The notes: generated by a model from the sequence alone, not told the origin. 45,770 bases of DNA, filler included, from Trichosphaerium sp. ATCC 40318 (GCA_038496445.1; 2 parts of 2 records of this genome joined end to end with filler, not necessarily neighbours in it); one strand, 5' to 3'; shown: positions 10,517 to 21,355, counted from the first letter of the whole stretch. Numbers and translations: made by a program.

Positions 10517-13500
10517 GCCTATGTAACACACACCGTCCTAACCGTACCAGTGACAGAAGGGGCAATCTGTCACTGGTACCTCCTGCAACTAGTTCCTTTC
10601 TGTTGGCTACCATGGTCACACCCTGTGACTGGGATCTAGCGCTTTACAGAACAAACGCAAGCACAGATAATGCTACAGAAACCACAGCTACAATGCTTCA
10701 TGCTAATGTGCTACAACTTATGTCATTCAACTCAAACGGCACCTGGGAGGACAACTCTAGAGAGATCTTCAGACACGTGAAAGAACTCAAAGTAGGAATA
10801 ATACTGGTACAAGAACTGCACATAAAAGACAAGCATTACAATATGCTCATGTGTCATAAATTACAAAAAGAGTATCATAACTACAATAACCTACTGACAC
10901 TAAAACAACGTAAAGAAAAGGCTTTTATCAGGCGTCGTATAAATTGGAAAAAAGGAAGAAACGTCCACTCCGATGAAGAAATAGAAGAATCCATTGCACG
11001 CGATGCAAAAAATCCCAAGTATGATCCAAAACCTTCAGAAGGAACTATCACGCTAATACACAAAGACCTGCTTGACGAGGTAGTCAACACGTACTATGAC
11101 GCCCACAGAAAGTTCATTATTACAGAAATGGCCACCAGTAAAAACACCATATTATTCGTGGTTAACGTGTATGCGCCATGTAGTCTGTCTGAAGGCAAAG
11201 AATTCTTCAACAGACTTGACAAAATCATCACACTCAGAAAAGCAAAGTACAAAGGCAAAAGGCACGAACTAATACTGGGAGGAGACTTCAACGCTGTGCT
11301 TGACATTGGAAGAGACAGGTGGCTACAAAAAGACACCATACATGTCAAAGCGCCAACCAAAAACAAAAAATTAGGACAGCTTATACTAAATCACAACCTC
11401 ACATGTACATACAGACACCTGTACCCAACTAAAAAAGCGTACACCAGGTTTGGAGTCAACAAACAAGCGAACAAGAAGAGCGTCTTTAGATCGAAGACAA
11501 GAATAGACCTGTTCCTTGGAAAAAGAACGCTAAAGTACCATACAATGGCAACCAACATCATCAAAGACCCATACACATCCAGTGACCATAAGCCAATCAC
11601 GCTGCTATACAAAATAAAGCTAACAAAGAGTAACATTAGCAGCAAAAAGCCCCCTCAACCCAAGAGCACACTACGCACGTGCAAACGGCAAAAGGAAAAA
11701 ATAGACATAGTAAGTAACATTAAACTCAGAGACAGCACACTGCAATTGTATGAAGACTTTCTCAAAGACGACACGGTATCGCCGGAAAGACTCATGCGTA
11801 CCATCAATAACGAGGTATACAACAAGTGCGAAAAGGAGCTCGGTACCAAAAAGCGTGGCAGAAAAGACACCATTAAAGATCCGAAAATAGAACAAATGCG
11901 CACGCTGAAACGCCAACTCCTCAAGCTAGCCAGAAAAATAGACAAAAAGAAGAAAATTAATCATAAAAAGCTAGCAACATGGAGAAAACTGATCAAAAAA
12001 GCCAAAAAGATAACGAAAAACAAACACACACTCCCGTCCAAGCATGAGATCAGTAGAATGTATAACAAAAACGATAGAGTTGAGGTCGTAGGTGTACTCA
12101 CAAGAATGCTCAAAACGGTTATTTACAAACAGCAACACCTCACAAACAAAATCAAACAAAAAAGAATCAAAGAAAGTATTGAAAGGCTAATAGACTGCTA
12201 TCAGAACGAACCCAAAAAGTTTTTTGACAACCTGCTAGCTAGGACGCGTAAACAAAAAATGACAGTGCTCATGAACCCAGAAACAGGGAACTACGTGGTA
12301 GACGAAAAAAGTAAGCTGGAACTCCTAGTGGACACGTGGAAAAAGATACTGCAAAAACAAAGTGTCAAGCCAAACTACACACCACGCTGGCTTAACAAAG
12401 AGGTAGAAATAACAAACGAAATGAACACTACGCCAATTTCACACGATGAATACATGGCAGCAGTCAAAGACACAGCCGAATGGAAACAACCTGGGGAGGA
12501 CCGCATCCCAGCAGAGATTATCAAAAAACTGTCCAAAAAATACCATGAAATATTACACCGTATATGCCAACAATGCTTTGACCTAGGAGAAGTCCCAAGC
12601 GCATGGCGCAAATCGTACCTGTATCTCATACACAAGCAAGGATCAGACCCCACGATACCCACAAACTACAGACCAATAGCACTCCTCTCAATACAACACA
12701 AGATCTACACCAGAATCATATACAACAGACTGGCCAACTACATGGAACAGAACAACATACTATCCAACCTACAGAACGGATTTAGGAAAGAAAGATCCAC
12801 TATAGAACACGTGAACACGCTCATCAATGTCATCGAAGATAACAAAAACGCAACCAATGTATCAAATATTCACCTTACATTCTTTGACCTTAAAAAAGCA
12901 TTCGACTCCATAGAGCACTGGTCAATTGAACAAACACTGAAATACTACAAAGTCCCCACTGAGATGATAACTGCAATTAAAGGCACGTATAAAAACGGCA
13001 AGGCACAGATACTCACAGGAGAGGGACTGTCCACGGAATTTGACATACAAAATGGAGTCAGGCAAGGCGATATACTCTCACCGCTCTTATTCATCACAGT
13101 GCTCAACCCGATCATTGAACACATCAGAGCACACAACAAAGGCTACGCATTTGCCAACAACAAAAACATCGTTGTACCACTCCTCGCATATTGCGATGAT
13201 CTGGTGTTTATAACAAACATGAAAACAGATATGGTAAACATGACAAAGAACTTTATAGATTTCTGCAACTACAACGGTATGAGCATCAATATTAAAAAGA
13301 CGAAATACGTATCATCGGATAAGAACGCAGGAGACCTGGTAGTACAAACAACTCTAGACAACGAAGTTACCATACACAACTTAGGATATGGCGCGTTGTA
13401 CAAATACCTAGGCATAAAAATAAACACTGAATTAAACTGGACGGACGATATCAAAGCTACCGCGGCCGCTTACAAACGCCGACTCACCATCATACAGAAC

Positions 13501-15651
13501 AAAAAGATACCACTGGACGCCAGGAGAACCATTGTCAACAAAGTCATAAACCCAGCTCTGCAGTATCACGCTAACTTCTACAAATTCCCATCAACAACAC
13601 TATTTCTATTAAGAAACGCACTAGTCAAGAACATATATTGGTCGGTGCCAATGACGTACTTCACAAAGCAATCCAACCTGTGGGCTAGCATCAAAGAAGG
13701 AGGCTTTGGCGTCACACAACCGCTCACAGCCGCCACAATCAGTTTCATAGCAAACATGCACTGCTCAGCAATCAACGCGAAAAAGGGCTCGCTAGCACGT
13801 ACCACCACCAGACAAAGACTTAAAGACAACACCTACCTGGAGAAAGTAGGCAGGCGTAACCTGCTAGAAACACTCAGAATGCTGCCAGCTATAGCAGTGC
13901 ACGAAAGAGATGACGATAGGATAACCACATACGTCAAAACGCTCAACGAGTTCGGAATAAAAGCAGTTAATCAAGAAGATGAACAGACACACGTGTTTGA
14001 CGCCCTGACATACGCAGAATGCGCTCAAATTCGGGAAACGGGTATAAACAGGCAAACAAAATGGAACGACATAGCGGAATACCGCAAAGTTAAAGATATC
14101 AGCAAACTACTTGGACCGTTAGCTGGCATCACTGACGCCCAGTACAACAAAATCAAACAGATACTAACAGTGGGTACCTCCACAAAACTGAAAAAGCACC
14201 TTCTACTCAGCTATAACAAAGGAGCACAGATATACGCATACAGTAACACAAATATCGAGGGTACCGAAGCACTCAACATATGGACAGATGGATCAAAGAT
14301 GGATAGACATGAAGGTGCAGGCATTGGAGTATACTTTGAGAGCAAAGAAATCACCAATGTCATAGCGAAAGCAGCAACGGGTGACTCGGTTGATGCGGCC
14401 GAGCTAGAAGCGGCAGTTATAGCACTAAAGGCAGTACCCAAAGAGAGACACGCAAACCTGTTCACAGACTCATCATACGTCATTTTCTGTGCAAAAGAAT
14501 GGCAGAACCTCGCACACAGGAAAAGACTCAACTCACCAAACAGAGCCATGATTATAGAACTACAGAAAACAATCGAAGACCATCGAAACAATGGAGGAGA
14601 TTCCAATCTATATAAAGTGCCGTCACATGTACCCCAAAAGCTAGCCAAGCTAGCTAGCAACCCAAACCCCAAAGCAAGAATATTCAAGGAGCTACACGAA
14701 CTGGAAAAGAAGTTTGGAGATAACATACAATGGATCCTAGACGGCAACGAAGAAGCAGACAAACTGGCCAAGGAAGGGCTAACAGTGCATAAGCCACGCA
14801 TCAACACAAGAAGAGACACCGGTCACTGTGCACTGTACGACCAAACGGATACACTCATTGAAGGCAGCATCCGTACACACATCAAAGACAAAATAAAAAA
14901 GCAAAAGAACGAAAAGCTGAAACAAGAATACCCACACCTCAAAAACCAAGACATGATCGTCTCCATGGCGCTCACCGAAGAACCAATCAAAAATGATGCC
15001 CTCATCAGATTCCTGTATAAAGCACGATGCGACAAGTTATGTGGCAGATACGAACTCAACAAGAGAACGGGAACACACAACAAGGAAGACTTCAACCTCA
15101 AATATAATGAACCCACATGCCTGCTATGCGGACACGCAAAAGATGACACCGACCACATCCTGAATAAATGCCCCCACACACAGCACAAGAGAAACAAGAT
15201 CAAAGCAAGAATAACCAAAAAACTACGCAGAAACTTCCCTCGCATGATGAAAAAACACAGCAACAGAGAGCTGGCAAAAGGAAACTGGATCGATGGCAAG
15301 GCATACATACCGACTAAAATAGTAGAAGCATGTCTCAAAGCTAGGTACACCAGCAAACACACGCGCAGAAAGTTGAACAACATACAAAAGCTCATGACAC
15401 AGAAATATCACAAGTTGTACGTCAAAAGATGCAGCAGAACGGACAAAGCTTGGAAACAGCAACGCTCGGCCGTCATAGCGGCCACATATAACACCCCCAT
15501 AGACTATACTCGACGTACATTGCACGAGTTTGGTCACCGGCTAGAGACAGGCCCGCTTCTGACACGAGTCTCAGAGCGGCAGCGCATACGCGCTGGCTTC
15601 ACGCGAGATCCGTATTTACATGGACCCTGTCAAACTCGGTCGTTTGACTGA
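10513..15651 (+). CDS. LINE ORF2: APE endonuclease, reverse transcriptase, RNase H, CCHC zinc knuckle
   Basis: APE: MSFNSNG, LVQE, NVYAP, GGDFN, RIDLF, SDHKPI. RT: PGEDRIP, NYRPIALL, QNGFR, DLKKAFDS, GVRQGDILSP, YCDD, YKYLG. RNase H: WTDGS, AELEA, TDSSYV, GNEEAD. Zinc knuckle: CLLCGHAKDDTDHILNKC. No disruptions. Confidence 0.97.
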   Translation: MSLCNTHRPNRTSDRRGNLSLVPPATSSFLLATMVTPCDWDLALYRTNASTDNATETTATMLHANVLQLMSFNSNGTWEDNSREIFRHVKELKVGIILVQELHIKDKHYNMLMCHKLQKEYHNYNNLLTLKQRKEKAFIRRRINWKKGRNVHSDEEIEESIARDAKNPKYDPKPSEGTITLIHKDLLDEVVNTYYDAHRKFIITEMATSKNTILFVVNVYAPCSLSEGKEFFNRLDKIITLRKAKYKGKRHELILGGDFNAVLDIGRDRWLQKDTIHVKAPTKNKKLGQLILNHNLTCTYRHLYPTKKAYTRFGVNKQANKKSVFRSKTRIDLFLGKRTLKYHTMATNIIKDPYTSSDHKPITLLYKIKLTKSNISSKKPPQPKSTLRTCKRQKEKIDIVSNIKLRDSTLQLYEDFLKDDTVSPERLMRTINNEVYNKCEKELGTKKRGRKDTIKDPKIEQMRTLKRQLLKLARKIDKKKKINHKKLATWRKLIKKAKKITKNKHTLPSKHEISRMYNKNDRVEVVGVLTRMLKTVIYKQQHLTNKIKQKRIKESIERLIDCYQNEPKKFFDNLLARTRKQKMTVLMNPETGNYVVDEKSKLELLVDTWKKILQKQSVKPNYTPRWLNKEVEITNEMNTTPISHDEYMAAVKDTAEWKQPGEDRIPAEIIKKLSKKYHEILHRICQQCFDLGEVPSAWRKSYLYLIHKQGSDPTIPTNYRPIALLSIQHKIYTRIIYNRLANYMEQNNILSNLQNGFRKERSTIEHVNTLINVIEDNKNATNVSNIHLTFFDLKKAFDSIEHWSIEQTLKYYKVPTEMITAIKGTYKNGKAQILTGEGLSTEFDIQNGVRQGDILSPLLFITVLNPIIEHIRAHNKGYAFANNKNIVVPLLAYCDDLVFITNMKTDMVNMTKNFIDFCNYNGMSINIKKTKYVSSDKNAGDLVVQTTLDNEVTIHNLGYGALYKYLGIKINTELNWTDDIKATAAAYKRRLTIIQNKKIPLDARRTIVNKVINPALQYHANFYKFPSTTLFLLRNALVKNIYWSVPMTYFTKQSNLWASIKEGGFGVTQPLTAATISFIANMHCSAINAKKGSLARTTTRQRLKDNTYLEKVGRRNLLETLRMLPAIAVHERDDDRITTYVKTLNEFGIKAVNQEDEQTHVFDALTYAECAQIRETGINRQTKWNDIAEYRKVKDISKLLGPLAGITDAQYNKIKQILTVGTSTKLKKHLLLSYNKGAQIYAYSNTNIEGTEALNIWTDGSKMDRHEGAGIGVYFESKEITNVIAKAATGDSVDAAELEAAVIALKAVPKERHANLFTDSSYVIFCAKEWQNLAHRKRLNSPNRAMIIELQKTIEDHRNNGGDSNLYKVPSHVPQKLAKLASNPNPKARIFKELHELEKKFGDNIQWILDGNEEADKLAKEGLTVHKPRINTRRDTGHCALYDQTDTLIEGSIRTHIKDKIKKQKNEKLKQEYPHLKNQDMIVSMALTEEPIKNDALIRFLYKARCDKLCGRYELNKRTGTHNKEDFNLKYNEPTCLLCGHAKDDTDHILNKCPHTQHKRNKIKARITKKLRRNFPRMMKKHSNRELAKGNWIDGKAYIPTKIVEACLKARYTSKHTRRKLNNIQKLMTQKYHKLYVKRCSRTDKAWKQQRSAVIAATYNTPIDYTRRTLHEFGHRLETGPLLTRVSERQRIRAGFTRDPYLHGPCQTRSFD

Positions 15652-15660
15652 TGCCGGACC

Positions 15661-15684
15661 AAAACAAAACAAAACAAAACAAAC
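15661..15684 (+). repeat. (AAAAC)n 3' tail of the LINE
   Basis: aaaacaaaacaaaacaaaacaaac begins 9 nt after the ORF2 stop. Confidence 0.9.
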
Positions 15685-15696
15685 ATTACCCCAAGA

Positions 15697-16236
15697 ATGT
15701 CCGAATCATCTCTAAACCCATTAGCCTATACAGGTATATTGTATGTACGCATTGAGGACGTTGAACAACTAGTAAAAGATAGAAAAACACCTCGTGAACA
15801 CTTTGTAACAGTAAAATTGTACACGCCAAGCACGAAAATATCAGTAGAAAAGAAAACAACGCACATTGAATCACCATTGGTGACAAGGGCTGTATTTCGC
15901 GACACACTACCTCCAATACACGTAAACAGCAACGGAGATGCTGTTTACGTCATATTCAAGGTGAAACGTAAAAGATTGACAGGACTCAAGCACAAGACGC
16001 TCGCCAAGGCCAAAGTCATCTTAGATCAGTTCGGTTCGCTCAGTTTTCCTTTTGATGGCACATTTGTAGTGCCTATGGAGGCACCAGAGCAAATTTACAA
16101 AACGAATTTGCGAGTATCTTTAGAATATGTACCAGAAGGCTATGAACGACAAGGATTCAATGCAGAAGGTAACGACAACAGCCATGTCATGATCGCTGTA
16201 AAACAAGACACAGAAGAAGACTTGAGCGACTCCTGA
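15697..16236 (+). CDS. C2-domain-like protein, intronless
   Basis: 179-aa ORF; GILYVRIEDVEQL...FVTVKL...KKTT...VIFKVKRKRLTGLKHKTLAKAKVILDQF follows the C2 beta-strand pattern. Confidence 0.7.
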   Translation: MSESSLNPLAYTGILYVRIEDVEQLVKDRKTPREHFVTVKLYTPSTKISVEKKTTHIESPLVTRAVFRDTLPPIHVNSNGDAVYVIFKVKRKRLTGLKHKTLAKAKVILDQFGSLSFPFDGTFVVPMEAPEQIYKTNLRVSLEYVPEGYERQGFNAEGNDNSHVMIAVKQDTEEDLSDS

Positions 16237-16514
16237 AGAACAGTCAGTTACTACTGGATAGTGTACTTCGGCACGAAGGAACTGAATTCAGAAAAGCCAT
16301 GTATAAAGTGTAAATAAACTAAATTCGCCAGTCTACTTGTATTACCAAAAAGGGAAAATACTAGATAACTATTCCCATGGCTGTGATTTAATAAACCACA
16401 CTATAGATTGTTACAGGATATTTCGATAGAGCAACTAATGCCTTTCAATTAGAAGTACATGAAGAAAGTTACATATTATGCAATATAAAGACCTTTAGGA
16501 GTTGCAATTGCATG

Positions 16515-17631
16515 TCACATGACAGCACATTTTTTATCATTATTTTCTGTTTGTTTTCCATCATAACAACTGAATAACCAACCAGCTGCTGATACTTCAC
16601 GTATTACTATTTGTTTAAAAGCAAGTTAGTACACATCAGAAAAAAGGTACAAAGGTACATTCTTCTGTCCCATCTCCCGTTAATGCGCTCACTTCAACAT
16701 AACTATGAGCCTAAATAACACAGTGTGAGTGGGTATAGAATCGGTGTAAACTCAAATTGCTGGTTGTACACCAATTTTTTTTGCTAAACTTATTCCTTCT
16801 TCTGTTGTCACAGCTTTCTTTGTGCCACACTCCAGAGAATTTATCTCCCTCAAATCTAGTTTTGTACCAACCAATATTACTGGGACATCTAGACTATAAT
16901 GATTCTTTTCTGGATCCCACTACATGAGAACAAAAAATATTACAACGTTATGACACATCATAAACCACCTTTGATAAGTAGCAATCTGATGTACCTTGAG
17001 CAACACATTTTTGTAACTGACGCTATTTACAAGACTGAATGCAATGATAAATATGTTCTATAGCAAACAACAAACAATCAAAAAAAACAACATGTCAAAA
17101 TTATTGATTGCGTACAGCAAAAGAGCAGGTTATAGTTCGAATTCTTACATATTCGTCTTTTTCTGCAGTATCCCATAACCCTACATAAGATACATAAGGT
17201 ACAATAAGTTACCTTTACATACCTAATTCAATCTTGTGACCAAACCACGTGTTGACTTGTATTCTAAAAGTTATTAGTACCCAATAATACGCAAGAACAG
17301 GTGATATTGAACACCAAAGTGGATACAAGCCTGAATTTGTATCGAAAACAGTTGGAATGTAATCTTGCGGAAACTTCTCTATTATTGGTTTTAACAAACG
17401 AATTAAGACTTTAGACTCACTCAAAGCCATTCTGGTGCACAGACAAGTTTTACCTGTGTCAGATTTAGCTGTTATGAGCAAAATGTCTTAAAATGGCTTT
17501 AAACGTAGGATGCGGATCATTTAAAGAGCAATTATGTAAACTATAGTTGTACCAACAGCACCATCCCCGATTATTACCATTTTAACTCCAGGGAGTTCAT
17601 CATCGTGTTCATCGTTTGTTGCGGATGTCAT
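16515..17631 (-). CDS. Rho/Rac-family GTPase, divergent, multi-exon
   Basis: KMVIIGDGAVGKTCL, FPQDYIPTVFD, LWDTAEKDEY, VPVILVGTKLDLRE, YVEVSAL, and C-terminal CAAX (KKCAVM*). Confidence 0.9.
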
Positions 17632-18046
17632 TTTCGGGCTATAGTTACAAACAGTCAATGGCAGTCTAAGCGGAAGTTATTTTGCACCCAATTATAGATT
17701 AAATAGACTTACTAGAAGGGAGAGCTCGAATACTATGCACCATATGTAAGCACAAAGAAATAAGAAAAAATGACGTGCTGGCGCTACAACACCAACAAAG
17801 CAACGTTTTAAAAAAATGGTGATATCATATTTATGGACATCATTCATCAATAGGTTCTTTGTCGATTTGTGTGTTGTATCAATATGTTTCTTCCTAAACA
17901 ACAATAATGCAATAAGAAAAAACTAGAAAACAAAAGCAGAGCTTGATGCTAGTCACTAGCATCGTAGGATAGAAACACATTTTTTTGCAAGTTATATTTT
18001 TATTCATATCTTTTGACACCATCAGAAAGGAGTTAAAACTCCATTC

Positions 18047-19150
18047 CTAGTTATGCCCATAATGAGATATTGGTTTGTTCATACGATTCAATCGTTTTAC
18101 TCGGTCCTTTAGATCATCTATAGCCCTGTTTATAACTGAAAAAAAAAATATTAATAGACAAAACTAAGAATACCCAAGCACCTATTTTCGCTTTTTCTGG
18201 TATGTTTGTGCCTGACATGTTTAATGTCCAGTTTTCTACAAGGTACAGTGGGATGTAACTCACTTCTAAAGGAAATAAGAGCGACATGGCAAGTAAAACA
18301 AGCGAGGTAGCATTGCCTAAACAAATTCATCTAACGTACTAGAATATCCATGGTTGCACAGCATCTCTAGTCCTTTTCCAGTACACCCAGGAATATGAAC
18401 CGAAAATACAGAATCTTTAGGTGCCAAAGCTCTGAATAAGGCTACTCCTCCAAATATTCCATAAGGCCACCCAGCTACATCACAATTAAACCACTACTCC
18501 AATCAACACTCACTTACCATGCCAATACTTAAAATCACAGTTTGACATGACTATACTGGTGATGGGTGTACAGCCCTTCGCTTTGATCTCTGTAACAAAA
18601 AAAAACACTGAATAAAAAACTTTGTTTTGCAAACATCATCTACATACCCTGTACAAGTGGGTGATTCTCAAATTTTTCTGGTTTAAGTTTTGCAATATCC
18701 TTGTATTCACCATAAGCGAAACGGTTTCTCTCATGATTAAGTCCTAACTTTCCTGAAAGCACAGCACATCCTTAAATAATTTAGGGTACATCAAACAATC
18801 ATGAAAAGAAAGACAAAAAAAAAAAGTAGTGCTTACCAATCTTCCAAAAAGTTTCCCAGTAAACAGTAACGTTGCATACCTAACTATAATTAGGGACTTG
18901 TTGATTGCCAAATAAGTACCTTTACAGTGTCCACATTACTAAAAAACGCAAATAAAGATCTCATTTTTGGGTATTCTTGCCTAAATTTGTCTTCCGTTGG
19001 ACAGAGCTGCGAAATATCAAGCGTAGTTGTTGTGTATATTATAGCATCGCGCCAATACGAGCATACAAGCGTCACAGTGCGCTTTGTGTGTAAATCATCA
19101 ACAAAACCGAGTATATGGTACACTATCTCCCCTGGTATTGGCGTGGCCAT
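18047..19150 (-). CDS. F-box / leucine-rich-repeat protein, multi-exon
   Basis: N-terminal F-box IPGEIVYHILGFVDDLHTKRTVTLVCSYWR, followed by LRR-like exons. Confidence 0.75.
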
Positions 19151-19507
19151 AAGCTGTGAAAGAAAAACAACGTAGTTATTTAAATAGGCCGGAGAACCCC
19201 GTTGACTACGCCACTAGCTACCAAGTCTGCGCTCTATGGTGATCCACTGTAGAGCATGTTTCTTGAGACTAGCTAAGGGATTGCAATTGTAAGGTGTGAT
19301 TGTATATGCGTTTAGAACGTGTCCTATAGTACGAACCAATTTTTATTTATTTAATTATCCCACGTGCAAATCACGTGAAAACTTGTAAAACTGTTTATTA
19401 AATCATGTATTGTACCGCAAGAATGCCAACAAACAGGCTTATTTTTTAGTGCTTCAACAAATCCATGTTGATTTTATTGAAAAATTTAAAAGCTTGTGGT
19501 GCCTTCT

Positions 19508-20779
19508 CTAAAAAGCACACGGATGAACTTTTTCATAAGTCTCTATTTGCCATCGAAGAGTAACTGAAGCACAAAAATTCTCAGTATCACTTGACGTAGA
19601 TACAACATGATGCCACCTACCAACGATTAAAACCGCATGAGAAGTGAACAAAAAATATGTTTACAATAAAACACAACGAACCAGCATGGGGGTATGTACA
19701 AACAATCGCCAGGATTCAGAGTAGCCCGATAAAATGTTATGTTTTTTAATTTTGGATACTGTGAAGCGTATTCTTTGTCTTCAAAATACTTTTGTAAATC
19801 AACTTTACTTGTATGCTTAGAAGATGCTGATAGTGCTAGATCGTTCTTAGACAAAAGAATCCAAGTTATTAATTCTAAATATTACCGACATGAGGGTACA
19901 AAGATCTTGTAGCATCAGGGTGGGCAAGGAAAACCTAGAAAGATAATTGAACAAAACGAAAAATTTTGATAAGTTTTTTGTTTTTAAAGGCTAAGTACTT
20001 CTTTGACACCGACAACTTGACATAAAAATCCATGCCAGACATCAAAATGTAATGGTGTCACATTCCCAACTGAGCTATAAATCGGGTTAGCCATCTGGAT
20101 GTTTATTAAAAAGAACAAGCATGTTTACCCTATCCACAAGCCAGAAAGGCTTGTATCATAACCAACGTTGTTATTAAAGTACTCAGGTAGCGTATTAATG
20201 TCGTTTGATATTGATTCAAATATCGGAGCACGCAGGTAAGTCCTTTTTTCTGATTCAAAGAAGAACGCGTCAATAAACAGATTATAGTCATATTTCTCAG
20301 CTGTAGCGTACTTGTTTTGTCCGTCACGCACTTCACAAACTATGATAGTGTTACTTACGTACATTTTAGATGTACTTACCTCTCCAAAAGATGTATTAAC
20401 GATTGTTACTATTTCATTAGCAAGGAATTGCCTGTTATCCTTTGCTTCAAATACTTTAACTCTCTGTGGTTGTTGTCACGTTACAATTTCGCTTATTTTA
20501 AAACCTGCCGTTTCTGGTGTAATTGTATCGATTAAATAGGCGCCATTCCATTTTTTCAGCGCTTTCCATGACGCTACATACCCTTTTGTAACGTTTAGTT
20601 TTAAAATGGATTGTGGACGTCAGCAGACTAATACTTACCTGTAAGTGCCAAAGGCGTTGTATTACGAAAGTTTTCGTCAAAATACTCCTTCTGTATTTCT
20701 GTTAAAGCTCTGACAGGGCATATACAATCAACTACAATATTAAGCTAACATAAAACGTAATAGCACAACCTTCACCCAT
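19508..20779 (-). CDS. JmjC / cupin-8 2-oxoglutarate oxygenase (JMJD5/FIH-like), multi-exon
   Basis: SWKALKKWN, LWIG..GNVTPLHFDVWHGFLCQVVGVK, LNPGDCLYIPPCWWHHV; HxD...H iron triad present. Confidence 0.9.
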
Positions 20780-21355
20780 AAACCAGTGAAGAATTTTACG
20801 TTTCTTGAAAGCGTTGGACTAACCCCAGTTTATTGTTATTTACTCCAAATTCAAGATGGAACGCTTCAATACATAGCGTTGTACGCTTCCAATGCAGCGC
20901 TATAAAAATTCTTCAATTGCTCTTAATGACGTTGTACATGTCCAAGTACGCAACAAAGAACGTAGAAAACGCATAACAATTAATGGTAGGTCACGAGAAT
21001 TATATTTAAATACAAAAGGGCAGAAGTAGTCTTTTTAAAGAATAGACGAGGTAAATAACGCGTATATGCTTCACTTACACAGATTAGACTATGGTAAAAT
21101 AGATTTTAAAAATCTACCGCCTAAAACACGTACAAATGCGCACGTACGTTACCAACACTAACAAATCAATAGGTTACAATGATTTAATGGATCAGCAGTT
21201 TTGGGCGATTGTCACGTCCATAGTAAGATCAGCCCTTAGACCCACCTTTATTCTAATGATGCTAGGACGCAAGAGGAACTTGGCAACTAACTTGTCTTGG
21301 CATCGACCAAGTCTCTGGCGAAGTTCTAAAATCCCATGTGTCAGAACTTGAAACA

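Larger units (their letters stand above)
8100..15684 (+). mobile_element. Apparently intact non-LTR retrotransposon (L1/Tx1-like, RNase H-bearing); 5' end approximate
   Basis: Two long ORFs, a strongly A/C-rich and T-poor sense strand, a 9-nt 3' UTR and an (AAAAC)n tail. Confidence 0.95.

Noticed and set aside
10576-10649. Further T-rich GTACCT...AG intron candidate at the ORF2 N-terminus
   Set aside because: Both nearby acceptors (10639, 10649) break the ORF2 frame, and the frame is open without splicing.
10881-15537. Numerous antisense ORFs over LINE ORF2 (and 34841-35332 over the minisatellite)
   Set aside because: Shadow frames caused by strand compositional bias; no motifs.
20476-20478. 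In-frame TGA in the JmjC gene as selenocysteine
   Set aside because: Better explained as lying within a 45-nt GC-AG intron.
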